A stretch of 64,000 nt of DNA from Blepharisma stoltei ATCC 30299 (GCA_965603825.1 CBFDEM010000006.1:1-64000); one strand, 5' to 3'; shown: positions 12,027 through 23,310, counted from the stretch's first letter. The notes: a model not told the origin generated them from the sequence alone. Made by a program: numbers and translations.

Positions 12027-12129
12027 TTAATAAAATTATATTCTGATAAAGGGAGAGTTTTGATTAAATGGGGTATAGAGTTATTTTTGTAATTGAGATT
12101 AGGAAATATTGCTGCTGAAATAAATATGT

Positions 12130-12145
12130 TGGCATTTAAATGTCA
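12130..12145. promoter_or_regulatory. Candidate upstream element TGGCATTT, here as near-palindrome TGGCATTTAAATGTCA
   Basis: 104 nt upstream of the WD40 ATG; the same octamer recurs at a similar distance from several other ATGs (see findings). Confidence 0.4.
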
Positions 12146-12590
12146 TTTTATTCTATTGAGTTCTTAGGTTCCACAGATATGTTAATGAGGATCTTTAAAA
12201 AATAGAACACTTTCAACTTTTATTTTATTTAAATTTACTTTTTTATTTTTCAATTGAGGGATAAGAATTTTTAAGGCTCTGTATTTAGTGCAAGTTCTAT
12301 ATTTAATTTTAGTTTATGTTTGCAACAAATTCATTAATAATCCTTGCATTCTTCAGCTTGATTTCTACTCAAAATGAACTTATTTTACGATAAATTCTTT
12401 TATTGTCTATATTTCATTTTAAATTTTAATGCTCAATTGATAAAAAACCGAAAAATTTATTTCTTATATATAAACTATCTAATCTTTGCATATATTCAAT
12501 AAAATATTCTTTAAGTAATATGCTTTTTTATATCAGCATATTGAAAATATATATTTAAGACTTTTTTGAAAATATACCTATTAAGATTTA

Positions 12591-14054
12591 ATGGATTTTG
12601 CTAACGATCGAGATTATTTGCACAATGAAGTATCTGCAGCTTGCAACTTATTACAATTAGCATTTGATGAAGTTCAAAAGCAAGGCTATAAAAAGCCAAG
12701 ACGAAAACTTGATAATCTAAAAAGTTATGCGGCAGAAGCAAAATATTTAATTATCAGCTTGGCTAAAGACTGGGCTGAAGCTGAAAATAAGTTGAGAGAT
12801 TATGAAGACATGGTGGATAGCCAAAGAAAAGGAAGTTATACAAGCAAAATCGATGATATCGGTAAATGTGACTCTAATCAAAAAAGAAATAGTGAAACAT
12901 CATCTAAAAATGCTTATAAATATCCTAATCAAGACCTCAGCCAAACAAAAATTCACATCAGTGATTTCTATAGCAGTTTAGAACAATCTAGACAAGAATC
13001 TTTGTCAGATTCTCTCAGCGAAGTACTTTTAAGGATTCTTTTTCCTCTGCTCACAAAAGTTCGCTCTATGCAAGAAACCAAACAATTTTACTCAAGGTTT
13101 ACAAGATACCTCCTTAAAATTTTCGATCAAGAAAACAAAGAAATTAAAAAAATTTTGCTAATTGATAATATCGCTCAAAAAAAGCCAATACAAAAATTTA
13201 GAGTTTCTGTAAGAGCAGTTATGGCTGCTTTAAGAATCAAAAAACTAATTCCTAATAAAGAAGAAAAGGTAAAACTTTGTGGGGTTTCTATCAATATGCT
13301 GTCAACAAAAATGGCCATTCCTATTCACAGTCCAGCCCCAGCTACTCCAAGAGTAGTAGCTGATATCATGCATTCTATGGAAAAAGCCTATGGAAAACCC
13401 ATGAAAGTCCGATCTAAATGAAATGCCTTAATGTAAAAAATAAATAGAGACCAGCAAGCCAAAGTATGCCGACAATTTATGGCTGACATCAAATCAATAA
13501 TCCAGCTCCTCCTCAAAGAAAACGTCAAGCAAAAGCACTCCTTAGACAAGCTCAAAGAAAGGTATCTTTTAATCAGCTTGCAAAAATCAGACACAGACCG
13601 CGACGAGCTAGAGTCTGCGCTCCAGCGAACAATTGTGTACACAAAGACGCTGGAGCAAGAAATCATTAATTTAACCCAAGACCCTGAATATTTAAGACAG
13701 CTAGAAGACGACAGTGAAATGCTGCTAGAATTAGAGTCACACAAAAAAGCATTAAAAGGGCTGACTTCACAATACAACCAGCTTGAAAGAAAGCTAGAAG
13801 ACATAACAAAGGAGAATAAAGCTTTAAAAAAGAAAATTGGAGGCAAAAGAGTTGGCTCAAGCAATTCTCAAGCTTCTTCTAAGCTTGGTAGGACGTCAAA
13901 TGAGTCATCGGTAACGGATCCCACACTTTTGGATTCTCATAGGAAAATTGCGATGAAGCTGAAAAACAATGGGCTTTCTTTGCCAATAAGCCCATTTGAG
14001 TCAACTCTTAGTGCAGAAGAAAATACTGAAGAGTGGGTAACAGCGATACATTAA
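12591..14054 (+). CDS. Hypothetical coiled-coil protein, 482 aa; join(12591..13432,13448..14054)
   Basis: The two track ORFs join via TGA=Trp at 13419-13421 and a 15-nt intron at 13433-13447. Confidence 0.8.
13433..13447 (+). other. 15-nt spliceosomal intron GTAAAAAATAAATAG
   Basis: GT..AG with TA at positions 9-10; contains an in-frame TAA; removal fuses the flanking frames. Confidence 0.85.
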
Positions 14055-14083
14055 TTACATAATTAACTGAGACCAATAATCCT

Positions 14084-14782
14084 CTATGTTTGGCTTATTT
14101 TAACATTATAGTCTACGTGGCGCTGATTGAAAGGATTTTCTGGAGCTTTTTCCCATTCCTTATGCAGTATATTTAACAGCTGAGACCTTTTCAAGGTAGG
14201 GTACTCTTTTTTCATGTCAGGTAGTCTTGCTTCTACATAGTCATCCCAAGCCTTTTTAGCTTTCTTTTCAGGGTGTTTCATAACTTTGTCGTCAAGTGCG
14301 TTTAAGGCGTCGTCCAGTTCTCTTATGTCTAAGCTATCAACTCCTCTTTCTGCGAGTTTTTCGATTTCTTCTCTTCTAATGTGATTTGGGTTTATGTCTT
14401 CTTCGAATTTTTGTTCTTCTATAGCTTTTTGTTCTTCTGTCACCTGGGATCTTAAGCTTGCCAAAAGTGACTGTCTCTGCATTTCTGCGATCTGTGCTTG
14501 GGTCATTTTCTTAGGAGGCTCTTTTTTCCTTTTGGCTGCTTCTAAAGTTTCTAGCTCTTCGTCAGCTAGTTTTCTGTTTTCCTGCTTTCTTTCTAACTCC
14601 TTCTGCTTTTTTTCTTCTTTTTCTCTTTTCCTTTCCTCTTTAGCTTTTCTAGATGCATCATCGTCGGCCCATTTTATGCTTTCTTTGCGCTCTTCTTCAG
14701 CCAGTCTTTTTTCTGTTTTCGCCTGCTTTTTCTTTTCACGGGCTTCTTCACTTTTAGTATTGATACCGAATTTTTTAGGCAT
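14084..14782 (-). CDS. CCDC124: CCDC124 / Lso2 / Oxs1 family ribosome-associated coiled-coil protein
   Basis: MPKKFGINTKSEEAREKK N-terminus; C-terminal HPEKKAKKAWDDYVEARLPDMKKEYPTLKRSQL...WEKAPENPFN. Confidence 0.88.
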   Translation of the reverse strand: MPKKFGINTKSEEAREKKKQAKTEKRLAEEERKESIKWADDDASRKAKEERKREKEEKKQKELERKQENRKLADEELETLEAAKRKKEPPKKMTQAQIAEMQRQSLLASLRSQVTEEQKAIEEQKFEEDINPNHIRREEIEKLAERGVDSLDIRELDDALNALDDKVMKHPEKKAKKAWDDYVEARLPDMKKEYPTLKRSQLLNILHKEWEKAPENPFNQRHVDYNVKISQT

Positions 14783-14800
14783 AATTTATTATAAATATAA

Positions 14801-16726
14801 TTATATACTTGATAATCTGGCTCCATGATTATGAAAACTCCCTTCGTTATAGACAACTTTGCCCCGCAAATAGACTTTGGAAATTTTTCCTAGCAGTTTT
14901 CGGCCTTGGTAAATGCAGCTTTCTTTAAAAGCAGAATTTGAGTTTCCATGGACTTCTTCGTAAGGATCCCAGATAATAAGGTCGGCAAATTTGCCTCGGT
15001 CTATGCTGCCTCGTCTATGGTTGATTCCTAGTAGTTTGGCAGGATGCAGAGAAAACCATTTAGAAAGCCTGACTATATAATGCTCTCTTTGGGATTTTGT
15101 ACTGTTAGGGGAACAAAGACCAGTCCAAATCGCTTGCATTGCAAAGCCCAAGCCGTTTACCCCGTTTAATGCTTTTTTAAAACTCCCATTATCGATATTT
15201 TTATAATCAATAGGTATTGTAGCATGATGAGAAGAAATCACATCAATTCCTTTCATTTTTAATAAATCCCAAAGCAATTGGGAATTTTCTTTACTTCTTA
15301 TCGGGGGGTAATCTTTAAATCGTGTATCGCCGTCCCTGATATCTTGCTCGTTAAAGCATAAATAATGAGGCGCTGTTTCACAAGTGATATTTTCGATGCT
15401 TTTTTTGGCTTGTCTGATTTTGTTTATAGCAGAAGCTGATGATAAATTGGAAAAATGGACACGGCAGCTTTCAGCTTGTAAGACTTCAATGACTTTTTCA
15501 ACCCCTTTGGCTTCCCATTTATCAGGGATATTCGCTAAGTGGTTTAAATATCGTCGGTCTTTTTGGGTGCTGAATTCTTCTTTGTTGGTGCTTAATGGAA
15601 CTGGCCTTTTCCCTTTTAATCTTTTTTGGCGAAAAGTTTGATGCTCTTCTTCAGCTACAAAGTGAGGCTCCATATATTTAAATTCAGATAAAGAGCTGCT
15701 CCTTCGTCGATTTTGGGCTTTTGAAAATACTGTAATTCCTGCATTTTCATATGTAATTTGTTCAGCTTTACTCAAAGCTGCAATATTGACTTCGTTTACT
15801 TTAACTCGATAATCTAGATCTTCATAAATATCATGATAGCTTGATCTTCTTCGTTCAGGTTTTGCTAAATAGCTCATGCAGCTCCTTTCAAAAAGCGAAT
15901 TTTCTAGTATATTTTTCAATGGCTCCATAGGTCTAGAGTTTCTAACTGCATCATTTGTGTAGTTTCCTGAAAATCTTGCTACGAATTTAATACAGTTAGA
16001 TCTAGTTCTGTCGTTTTTACGCTGAGGGAGCACGATTTCTTCATCTTCCTCGTCTGAAAGTCCGGGATTTGTCGAATCAGGATATGCAGAAGCAAAAAAC
16101 TCATTATCATTCTTGATATCAGTCAATAATCGGTCTTTCAGGCACAAATGCCTGCATGGAGATGCCATAAATAGGAGCCTTGTCTGAGGTAAAGATGGAT
16201 CAATAATCAAAGGTATCCCTGTATCCCTAATTCCTGAAAAAACCGCTGGGAGATCCTCTGGGAGAGAAGGAACCATCCAGCTTGGAGGGTATAAATAGCC
16301 TTTAAATGCAAAAGCCCCTGAATTAATTAATGTAGCAATATCATTAAAGTTCGTTGAGTCAATTCGCAGAATTTGCCCAACATCGCAATAAAGTTTGAAT
16401 GAGGTAGATTCACTTTCCTCGTTGCAGATCGATTTTTCTTGTAAAATGAAGGTAACACCGCCTGATGCAGCCATTTGAGTAATATTTGTGTTGCCTTCCC
16501 ATTCAGCCCGAACCCCTATGTCAATTATGCCTGGTGATATATATTGATTTTCACAGTTTATTGGATTCCAGTCTTTAAACTTGGAAAGTAAAGCTTGGAC
16601 AGGAATATTTTCTTCTACTATGACAACGTCGTCTATTTCTTCGTCTTCAACTAAGATTACACCGTACAGCGGAACATTTGAACGATGACTGACGATATGT
16701 CTGCTAATAAGTGCGAGTTTTACCAT
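14801..16726 (-). CDS. Allantoinase/dihydroorotase-like amidohydrolase-fold protein with degenerate metal ligands
   Basis: SPGIID, AASGGVT, CETAPHYL, FKDYPPIR, LLWDLL, HPAKLLGI..RGSIDRGKFADLIIWDP, YQGRKLLGKISKVYLRG. Confidence 0.82.
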   Translation of the reverse strand: MVKLALISRHIVSHRSNVPLYGVILVEDEEIDDVVIVEENIPVQALLSKFKDWNPINCENQYISPGIIDIGVRAEWEGNTNITQMAASGGVTFILQEKSICNEESESTSFKLYCDVGQILRIDSTNFNDIATLINSGAFAFKGYLYPPSWMVPSLPEDLPAVFSGIRDTGIPLIIDPSLPQTRLLFMASPCRHLCLKDRLLTDIKNDNEFFASAYPDSTNPGLSDEEDEEIVLPQRKNDRTRSNCIKFVARFSGNYTNDAVRNSRPMEPLKNILENSLFERSCMSYLAKPERRRSSYHDIYEDLDYRVKVNEVNIAALSKAEQITYENAGITVFSKAQNRRRSSSLSEFKYMEPHFVAEEEHQTFRQKRLKGKRPVPLSTNKEEFSTQKDRRYLNHLANIPDKWEAKGVEKVIEVLQAESCRVHFSNLSSASAINKIRQAKKSIENITCETAPHYLCFNEQDIRDGDTRFKDYPPIRSKENSQLLWDLLKMKGIDVISSHHATIPIDYKNIDNGSFKKALNGVNGLGFAMQAIWTGLCSPNSTKSQREHYIVRLSKWFSLHPAKLLGINHRRGSIDRGKFADLIIWDPYEEVHGNSNSAFKESCIYQGRKLLGKISKVYLRGKVVYNEGSFHNHGARLSSI

Positions 16727-18150
16727 ATATTAAATATTTAAGAATTTCTACTCTTTCAAGAATTAATTACTATTGAGAGTGATGATAAAATTAGATAGAA
16801 GTGGATAAGTTTTATGAAGCGTTTCATTAGAATTTTGATAATTTTTAGGTTTTGGGTATTTAAATGAATTCTGATATCGGAAATATGTATTAGTTGGGAA
16901 TTGCTTAAGCCAAGCTTTGCTTTGCTTGAAGTTTTTAGTTGCATTTCTTTTAGGCTAGATGCGAGAAGAAGACTAGTTTTCAATTAAATTATTACAAGAG
17001 GAATTCACGAGCACTGACTCAATAAAGGTTTTTATTGGAAAGTGATTTCCATGATTACTCTATTTAGAATTTCATTATTCTTAGCCAATTATGCATGATA
17101 TCAATTGTCTAATTTTATGTTAGAGTTTAATTTATTTCACCATCTTTATTCTTCCTTGTATTTTTTTTTGATATGTTCAAATCAATAAGTTTTATCAGCT
17201 TTCTCATAAAATGTTTTATAATAAAAATTTTCTTTGCTTAAGAATATTAACTTTTTTAATTTCAAACCTTTATATCCAATAATATTTTAAAATAATAAAT
17301 CGTTTTTCTCATAATAAAATGACATCAGAATAAGAATAAAAAATTCCAAATACCTAAATATAATGGCGATATCTTTTATTTTTTTGAAGTATAAAAATAT
17401 GGTATATAAAACTAATTAATCATAGAGTTTCAATGAAATTTGGATAAATGACGTGTTTTAGCAAGAATATCTTTCTTTTTTTATGATTTAAAAAATAATG
17501 AGATTTTTTATACTAAAAGTTTGAGTATCTTGTACCTATTTTAATTTAGATCCATCAATAAAGTCTGGATTATAAAACATAATATATCCTACAGAAATTT
17601 GCTTTAGATGTCTAATTATTTCTCTTTAATAATAATTTTTTCATTAAATAATAATCATTTAAGGAGAGTTGAATTATTTGATATATAATTCATATAAAAT
17701 AAATTCAATCAGTTATGAGGATTTTTAGTATAATTTAGTGTTATTAGAAAAGTCGCAATTAATCATGCAAAATGATAATCAAAAATTATTTAGCAAATAA
17801 ATATAAAAACATTTCTTAAAATGCATTTCTTTATATTTAATAAGCCATAAATACTTGCTGTAAAGCCATAACTATCAGCTACTCTCAAATACCCAAAAAT
17901 TATGTAGTCCAAAATTTAAAAGAGTAGTCAAAAGACATATTTCATTCACATGACCTTTTAATTTTATCAAAAATAATCAATAGGATATTTTGCATATAGA
18001 ATTAATAATTTCAATTTATCCATTACAGAAAATATTATTTTTATCCAATTTTTGAAAATACATATTTCTATATTATTTTAAAGTTTTTAATTGAGATTCT
18101 GAACTGACCTGATTCTGCAACTAGGCGTTTTGTAGTAATCAATTATAAAA

Positions 18151-18972
18151 ATGACCTTCGGCCTTGACAATGAAAAGGAATTCCAAGTGGCTAAAGCGGC
18201 GGGCACAGTATCATTTTTTATAGGTATTGTGCTTGCTTCAATTAAAGCTGACGACTGAACAGATGCTGATTGAATCGTGATCTCAATTCCTATCCTTCTT
18301 TCCCTCTGCTTTTTCCCACTCGCAATACACTGTTTTTTCAACATAAACTGCCCTCAAGGAAAATCCAGAAGATTTGTCCTTATCATCAGTTATAACATTG
18401 CCATATCATTGATTGGATTTGTGATACTTGGCACTCTAACCTTAGACGACACTATGGACACAAGCTGGGCTGTAGCCTTTATCCCTCTCTGGTACACTTT
18501 ATTAGTGTATCTCATTTTCTGCTGCTTTATGCTGCCTGGGCTTATAGACCCAGAAGTGAACATGAAAAGGCAAGCATTTTTACTTTTTATGTGGTTTTTC
18601 GCTTTATGTACATTTTTATTGCTATTTGTTTTCCACCTTGATAATGACTCCCCAGAGTCCTTTGCAGTTGTAGCGATTCCTATTATGACTGCAAGTGGAT
18701 TGCATATTTTTTCATGTGCAGTATCTAAAAATAAAACAGAAAAAAATTCAAATGTGGGACTGAGGCCGATTATTGATGAATTGATATTCAATTCAGCTCT
18801 GCTTTTAACAGGAGTTTTATTGATTTTGAGGGTAACTGTGAGTGATTGGATTCCAGCAATTGTGATTGCTGTGCCTGTGCTGGCTTTACTTTTATATAGC
18901 ATGGGAATTGAATTTTATGAAACCCCGGCGAGGAGAGCTGAATATGAAGCATTGAATGCTGAAGATAGTTAG
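18151..18972 (+). CDS. Multi-pass membrane protein, TMEM185/TMEM60/TMEM203-like, 273 aa, 2 TGA=Trp
   Basis: ATG 18151 is in frame with the track ORF when two TGA are read as Trp (IKADD-W-TDAD-W-IVISIP). Repeated LD....SWAVAFIPLW-type helical hairpin units. Confidence 0.72.
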
Positions 18973-19052
18973 AAATAATAAATTAAGATAAAGCTGTTAA
19001 ATGGATTAATTTATTACTGTAAGCTTGAATTTTTTGGTAATTAAAATTGATT

Positions 19053-19788
19053 TTAAACGTTCTCATACTCAGAGTTTTTGAGTTTCGATATATTATTTGA
19101 GGCCTATGATAATTTTTACAAAGATTTTGCTTCTTCTAATTACAGTCTTCATTTCTCTCCATACTGGAATATTTGATTCAACCTCAATTTCATTTTCTTT
19201 GTCACTTAAGCAAGCAGCTATACAAACAAGTAATAAAACCGCTGAGGCTCTAAGTATACTTTACGTAAAAATACAATTTGCGATCCACTGATTCCGAGTG
19301 TCTTCCTCACATCCTAAATATGTATATTTTTCTAAAACCAAATTGCAATCATTTATATCATTCAAAAGCTGAAAATCTGACTCAATATCGCTACACACAA
19401 GCTGAAAAGTGATTATCCTATTCCCAAAATCATTTTTCTTGCATTTATCTCCTTCTAAATACATAATTTTAATTCCTTTTTTCTCTGATCCAGCAAACTC
19501 AAAAGATTTGTAGGCACTAAATTCATGATTTCCCAATATCACGCATTCGTCACTTGTAAATGATCTGCGGATTGCTGATCCTTTTTTTCCATTGCAAGGG
19601 AGATCTATGTCTGTTCCAAAGTTATATAAGATTTCATAATCATCTGTATAATAAGTATAAGGAAGGCTAAATAGGGATTACTCATCTGGTCTCTGAAGTG
19701 AGCTTCAATCGTAATATTTTTCATCAACTTGGTCATCTCAATATAAATAGTCTGCTATTGCAGGGACAAAAAGTATGAATATCATCAT
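19053..19788 (-). CDS. Type I membrane protein with MRH (mannose-6-phosphate receptor homology / ATG27-like) domain, 229 aa; join complement(19053..19103,19120..19249,19265..19666,19682..19788)
   Basis: Signal peptide MMIFILFVPAIA, YYD-W-SSL, Y.EGDKC...ITFQLVCS...CNLVLEKYTYLGC, a TM helix after intron removal, and a tail ending YENV. Needs 2 TGA=Trp and 3 tiny introns. The last intron is less certain; the alternative stop is at 19093. Confidence 0.72.
19104..19119 (-). other. Probable 16-nt intron GTAAAAATTATCATAG
   Basis: GT..AG with TA at 9-10; removal shifts the frame to give a C-terminal YENV (YxxPhi) tail. Confidence 0.55.
19250..19264 (-). other. 15-nt intron GTAAAGTATACTTAG
   Basis: TA at 9-10, in-frame TAA; removal restores a continuous TM helix WIANCIFTASAVLLLVCIAACL. 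Confidence 0.85.
19667..19681 (-). other. 15-nt intron GTAATCCCTATTTAG
   Basis: TA at 9-10, in-frame TAA; removal links the signal-peptide exon to the MRH exon. Confidence 0.85.
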
Positions 19789-20191
19789 TATATTATTTTG
19801 AAATCAATTCTGTTGGTTTTAGTAATGGATAAAAATATTGATTAGAAATTCAGAATATGCTTCTCTGTGATGCTTAATGCTAAAGATCTGACTATTTATA
19901 TTTTCTTCAATTTTTGACATAAAAATTCAGTCTTCTTCCTATGATCTCTTTATTTAATTTCTTAAAAATTTTAATTCTCAACGCGTATGAATTGCCTTAA
20001 CATAAGAAAAGAAAAAAAGTTGTGGGTTTTGAAGCTTAAGAGCATCCAGGAAATTTAAAGAGAAAAGAGGTATTATTTACACTATGACTTGCAGGATTTA
20101 AATGATGAAATCAGTGCAAAAGCATTAAACGACTAATCAAAAGGATTGGCTGCTCTTGGGATGATCAAATTAAATTGTAAGAGTTAATTAT

Positions 20192-20365
20192 TTACTCTTT
20201 TCTTGCTGACTTGGCTGGATTCTTCCCAAACATGCTTCCAACTCTATAAATAGTTTCCCAATTAAGGATAGGAGCATAGCAAACACCAAGGATTCCAACG
20301 TACCACCAGAACCTCAAGACATTATGAGTCCTCAAATACCTGAGAGTAAGCCAATTTAAGTTCAT
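20192..20365 (-). CDS. Small single-TM protein, 57 aa (possible mitochondrial membrane complex subunit)
   Basis: ATG 20365 in A-rich context; GC-richer than flanks; one hydrophobic/aromatic helix and a basic tail. Confidence 0.65.
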   Translation of the reverse strand: MNLNWLTLRYLRTHNVLRFWWYVGILGVCYAPILNWETIYRVGSMFGKNPAKSARKE

Positions 20366-20615
20366 CTTTATTATAATAATCAATCATAAACAACAGAGAA
20401 ATCTTATTTAAATTAATTTAATTTAAAAAATAAACTATTTCAATCATTTAAATCTATAAGGTATTGAAGAAATGCCATAAAACCCTTATTTTAAATAATA
20501 ATTACTGCTAGGATATCGGTAAAGAAAAATTTTATTTGAATTTTATTCAGAAATAATTGGTAGCTCCTCAATTATAGCTGCCTGTAATATAGATACTGGT
20601 TAAAGTTTATTAAAA

Positions 20616-21503
20616 ATGGGATCTACTCAGCTAAAAGAGCCAATTCGATTTACAAAAATTCCGACTATTCACATCAGGCAAGCCCCAAAAATAAGTCATG
20701 GACATAAAAATATCATATTAAATGAGCCGCCAAATACAGAAAGAGAGCCTAAATTATTGACATTAGACAATTACACATGCATAAGGTGCAAATCATCGTC
20801 TGATCTAAAAAGACCAGAATCAGGCAGAAATTCTATCATCATTAGGGATGAAATGGCACAAAGTTCGGACTCAAATCTTATTGAAAACTACGAGCAAACT
20901 TTGCAGCTTGCTAAAGTTAGGAGAAAAAACAGATCGACTCCGGTATCAAATGAAATACTCAATAAAATTGAAATCAATCACAGTCAGTCAAGAAGTTGCT
21001 GTAAAGAAGATTTTACGATCATTCAGAGTGATAATTCCTCAATAAATAAATTCGACCATCACTCTTCAACGACTACTTTGAAATTGCTGTCTCCTTCAAT
21101 GCATGATAAAAAGCCCGAAATTAATGAAAAATCTGAAGAAAAAAAGCCCGAAATTAATGGAAGATCTGAAGAAAAACCGAAAAAATACCATCGAAGAGTT
21201 TTCAGCGATGGGAACGCTGAGAATCTTATAGCAAAACAAACTGACCGCAAATTTTTCAAAAGTTTCGCAAGTACTGCTCCTGGTGCCCCTCCTGCCAAAA
21301 TGGAAAGCCTTCATGTACCTAAAATATCAGATGTTCACATAAGGCTTAGAGGATCTGACCACAGAAATAGTGACCCTAAAGCTTATGAAGACGCTATAAA
21401 TAAGTCGACTCAAAATTTGCATTCTAAAAATAAAATTGAAAAAGAATGGGTTTGGAGAGGAAAGCATGGGCTTTTACCAAGCTTAAGTTCAAAAATTATA
21501 TAA
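20616..21503 (+). CDS. Hypothetical low-complexity protein, 295 aa
   Basis: Clean ORF with an internal 11-aa tandem duplication KKPEINEKSEE/KKPEINGRSEE. Confidence 0.72.
   Translation: MGSTQLKEPIRFTKIPTIHIRQAPKISHGHKNIILNEPPNTEREPKLLTLDNYTCIRCKSSSDLKRPESGRNSIIIRDEMAQSSDSNLIENYEQTLQLAKVRRKNRSTPVSNEILNKIEINHSQSRSCCKEDFTIIQSDNSSINKFDHHSSTTTLKLLSPSMHDKKPEINEKSEEKKPEINGRSEEKPKKYHRRVFSDGNAENLIAKQTDRKFFKSFASTAPGAPPAKMESLHVPKISDVHIRLRGSDHRNSDPKAYEDAINKSTQNLHSKNKIEKEWVWRGKHGLLPSLSSKII
21108..21180 (+). repeat. 33-nt tandem duplication (about 2.2 copies) within CDS
   Basis: aaaagcccgaaattaatgaaaaatctgaagaaa followed by aaaagcccgaaattaatggaagatctgaagaaa. Confidence 0.85.
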
Positions 21504-21578
21504 TAATAATTTCAAATTAATTATTATATATGGTGTCCTGTTGAATTCTTAAGGAATTAATTAATGAGAAATTTTAAG

Positions 21579-23310
21579 TTAAGCTCCTTTCTTATCTTTC
21601 TTGTCTTTCTTATCTTTTTTATCTTTTTTATGCTTTACTTTAGTATGGTCCAAGTTCTTGAACTTTACAATATCGCCGATTAAAGAAGCAGCCAATAAGA
21701 AAAGTAAGACAAGCTGAGCAATAAATCCTCCATAATACCCCATCGAGTAGCCTATTACCCATCCAGCAAGCTCAATAACGCTTCCGATCATCCCAATCAG
21801 GTCATTTCGAATACTTTTCGATAATAAAGAAAAACCAATTCCTGCTCCGACATTTACTCCAACTAGCAAAAGAATTGAACCAATTACAAACCAAAATGGA
21901 GCATCTTGGCCTAGCAAAATAAATGAGCAGCCAACCAAAGAAAAGGCTTTAGAAAAGGCCAATAAAATTTTTTCTTCAGTAATATGAGCAGCTGCATATA
22001 CCAAAACACTTACTGGAGCCATCATTAAAGAAAAAACTCCAATATAGGCATAAATTGCCCCATCAGACCAATTTAACTCAGAAGGAATTGAGCCAGGGCT
22101 TAAGAACCCTTCTCTCAGCAGTGAAGGCAATAGAAAAGAAAACACCAAAAGTCCTTTAATAGAAGTTTTATTTGAATCATCAGAAGGATACGTTTTATCT
22201 GGATTCAAAAATAATGTCCCTGATAATAAAAATGTCAAAATCCAGGTAATACCTAAAAAGAAGCCTCCCATAGTAACTCCTGATAATTCATATCCTAATA
22301 CCTCGCTAGATGAATCTTCAAATGCAAATCCTAAGAAATAGCCACAGCTAAGTCCAATAAATGACGCTGTTGTATACATAACTGAAACTCTAGCTCTCTC
22401 ATCTGGCTTTACATGAAACCCAATAAACTGCTTTAATGCAAGCCCAGGCAATCCAATACCCATAACAGCTCTCCCAATAATAAAAAACGCAAAAATGTCA
22501 ACATCACGAGCTATAAAATAAAGTACGTTCCCAGCAATCGAAAAAAGCATAGAGAATAGCAAGCATTTTCTTAAATTCGCTCTCGCTGAAAAATGCATAA
22601 TCACATATGCAGGAATTCCAAAAGCAGGCAAAAGAGGCCCAAATACATAGCTGGCATTTGAATTCCCAAAATAGTCCAAATAAGTTTTCCCTTCGACTGT
22701 AAGTAGTGAAAAATTAAGACTTAATACAAACGAAATAAAAACTGACAGCGCAACTGCTACACTATGCCCTCCAAGCGTATAAACCTCTTCAACTTCAGGC
22801 TCAGGAGGTCCATTTACTGCATAAAAACTTACAGAAATTTATCAGGCCTTTAAGCTCTTTTCCAGTCCCTCTAAGCTCATCTGCAACTTGGCTCATTTCT
22901 TGCTTAAGCAATGACTCTTTAAGTGGGTCAGTCGTTTCTTCTCTTTGCAATTCCAATGCAATTGATTCCAAAATCCCCAAAATTTCATTAATTCCATCAG
23001 TGCTTTTTATTTCTGCTTTTTGCTGGCTTTTAGTTGCCTTTGACATGTCTTTTGATAAATTCAGCATTTTGAGGGCTTCAGGGACTCTGCTTTTCATTTC
23101 AGATATAAATTTTTTAAGATCTAGGTCAATTGCTTCGAGTTTTTGATGAATCCCTGACTCGTCGATGTTGTCTTTGAAAATAATGATGTGACGGAAACAA
23201 GAATAAGAGCTGTTATTGAGTTTTTCTATTGTAGTCTTTTTATAGTGAATTAAATCACTGATCGTTGCCAAGGTTTCTTGGATTGAATAGCCTCTTTCAT
23301 TACTCGCCAT
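21579..23310 (-). CDS. MFS transporter (MFSD8/SPX-MFS-like) with N-terminal helical domain, 571 aa; join complement(21579..22816,22833..23310)
   Basis: A 16-nt intron joins the two track ORFs. GNVLYFIA....FFIIGRAVMGIG and about 11-12 TM segments; (KKD)n tail. Confidence 0.78.
22817..22832 (-). other. 16-nt intron GTAAGTTTTTATGCAG
   Basis: GTAAGT donor, TA at 10-11, CAG acceptor; removal corrects the frame between the two ORFs. Confidence 0.88.

Noticed and set aside
16756-18150. ORF 16756-16983 and the long AT-rich spacer as a gene or IES
   Set aside because: Non-ATG start, spacer-like composition, no terminal inverted repeats. An IES cannot be called without germline/soma comparison.
19940-20190. 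Possible small plus-strand gene
   Set aside because: Only short frames, and no consensus tiny intron joins them.
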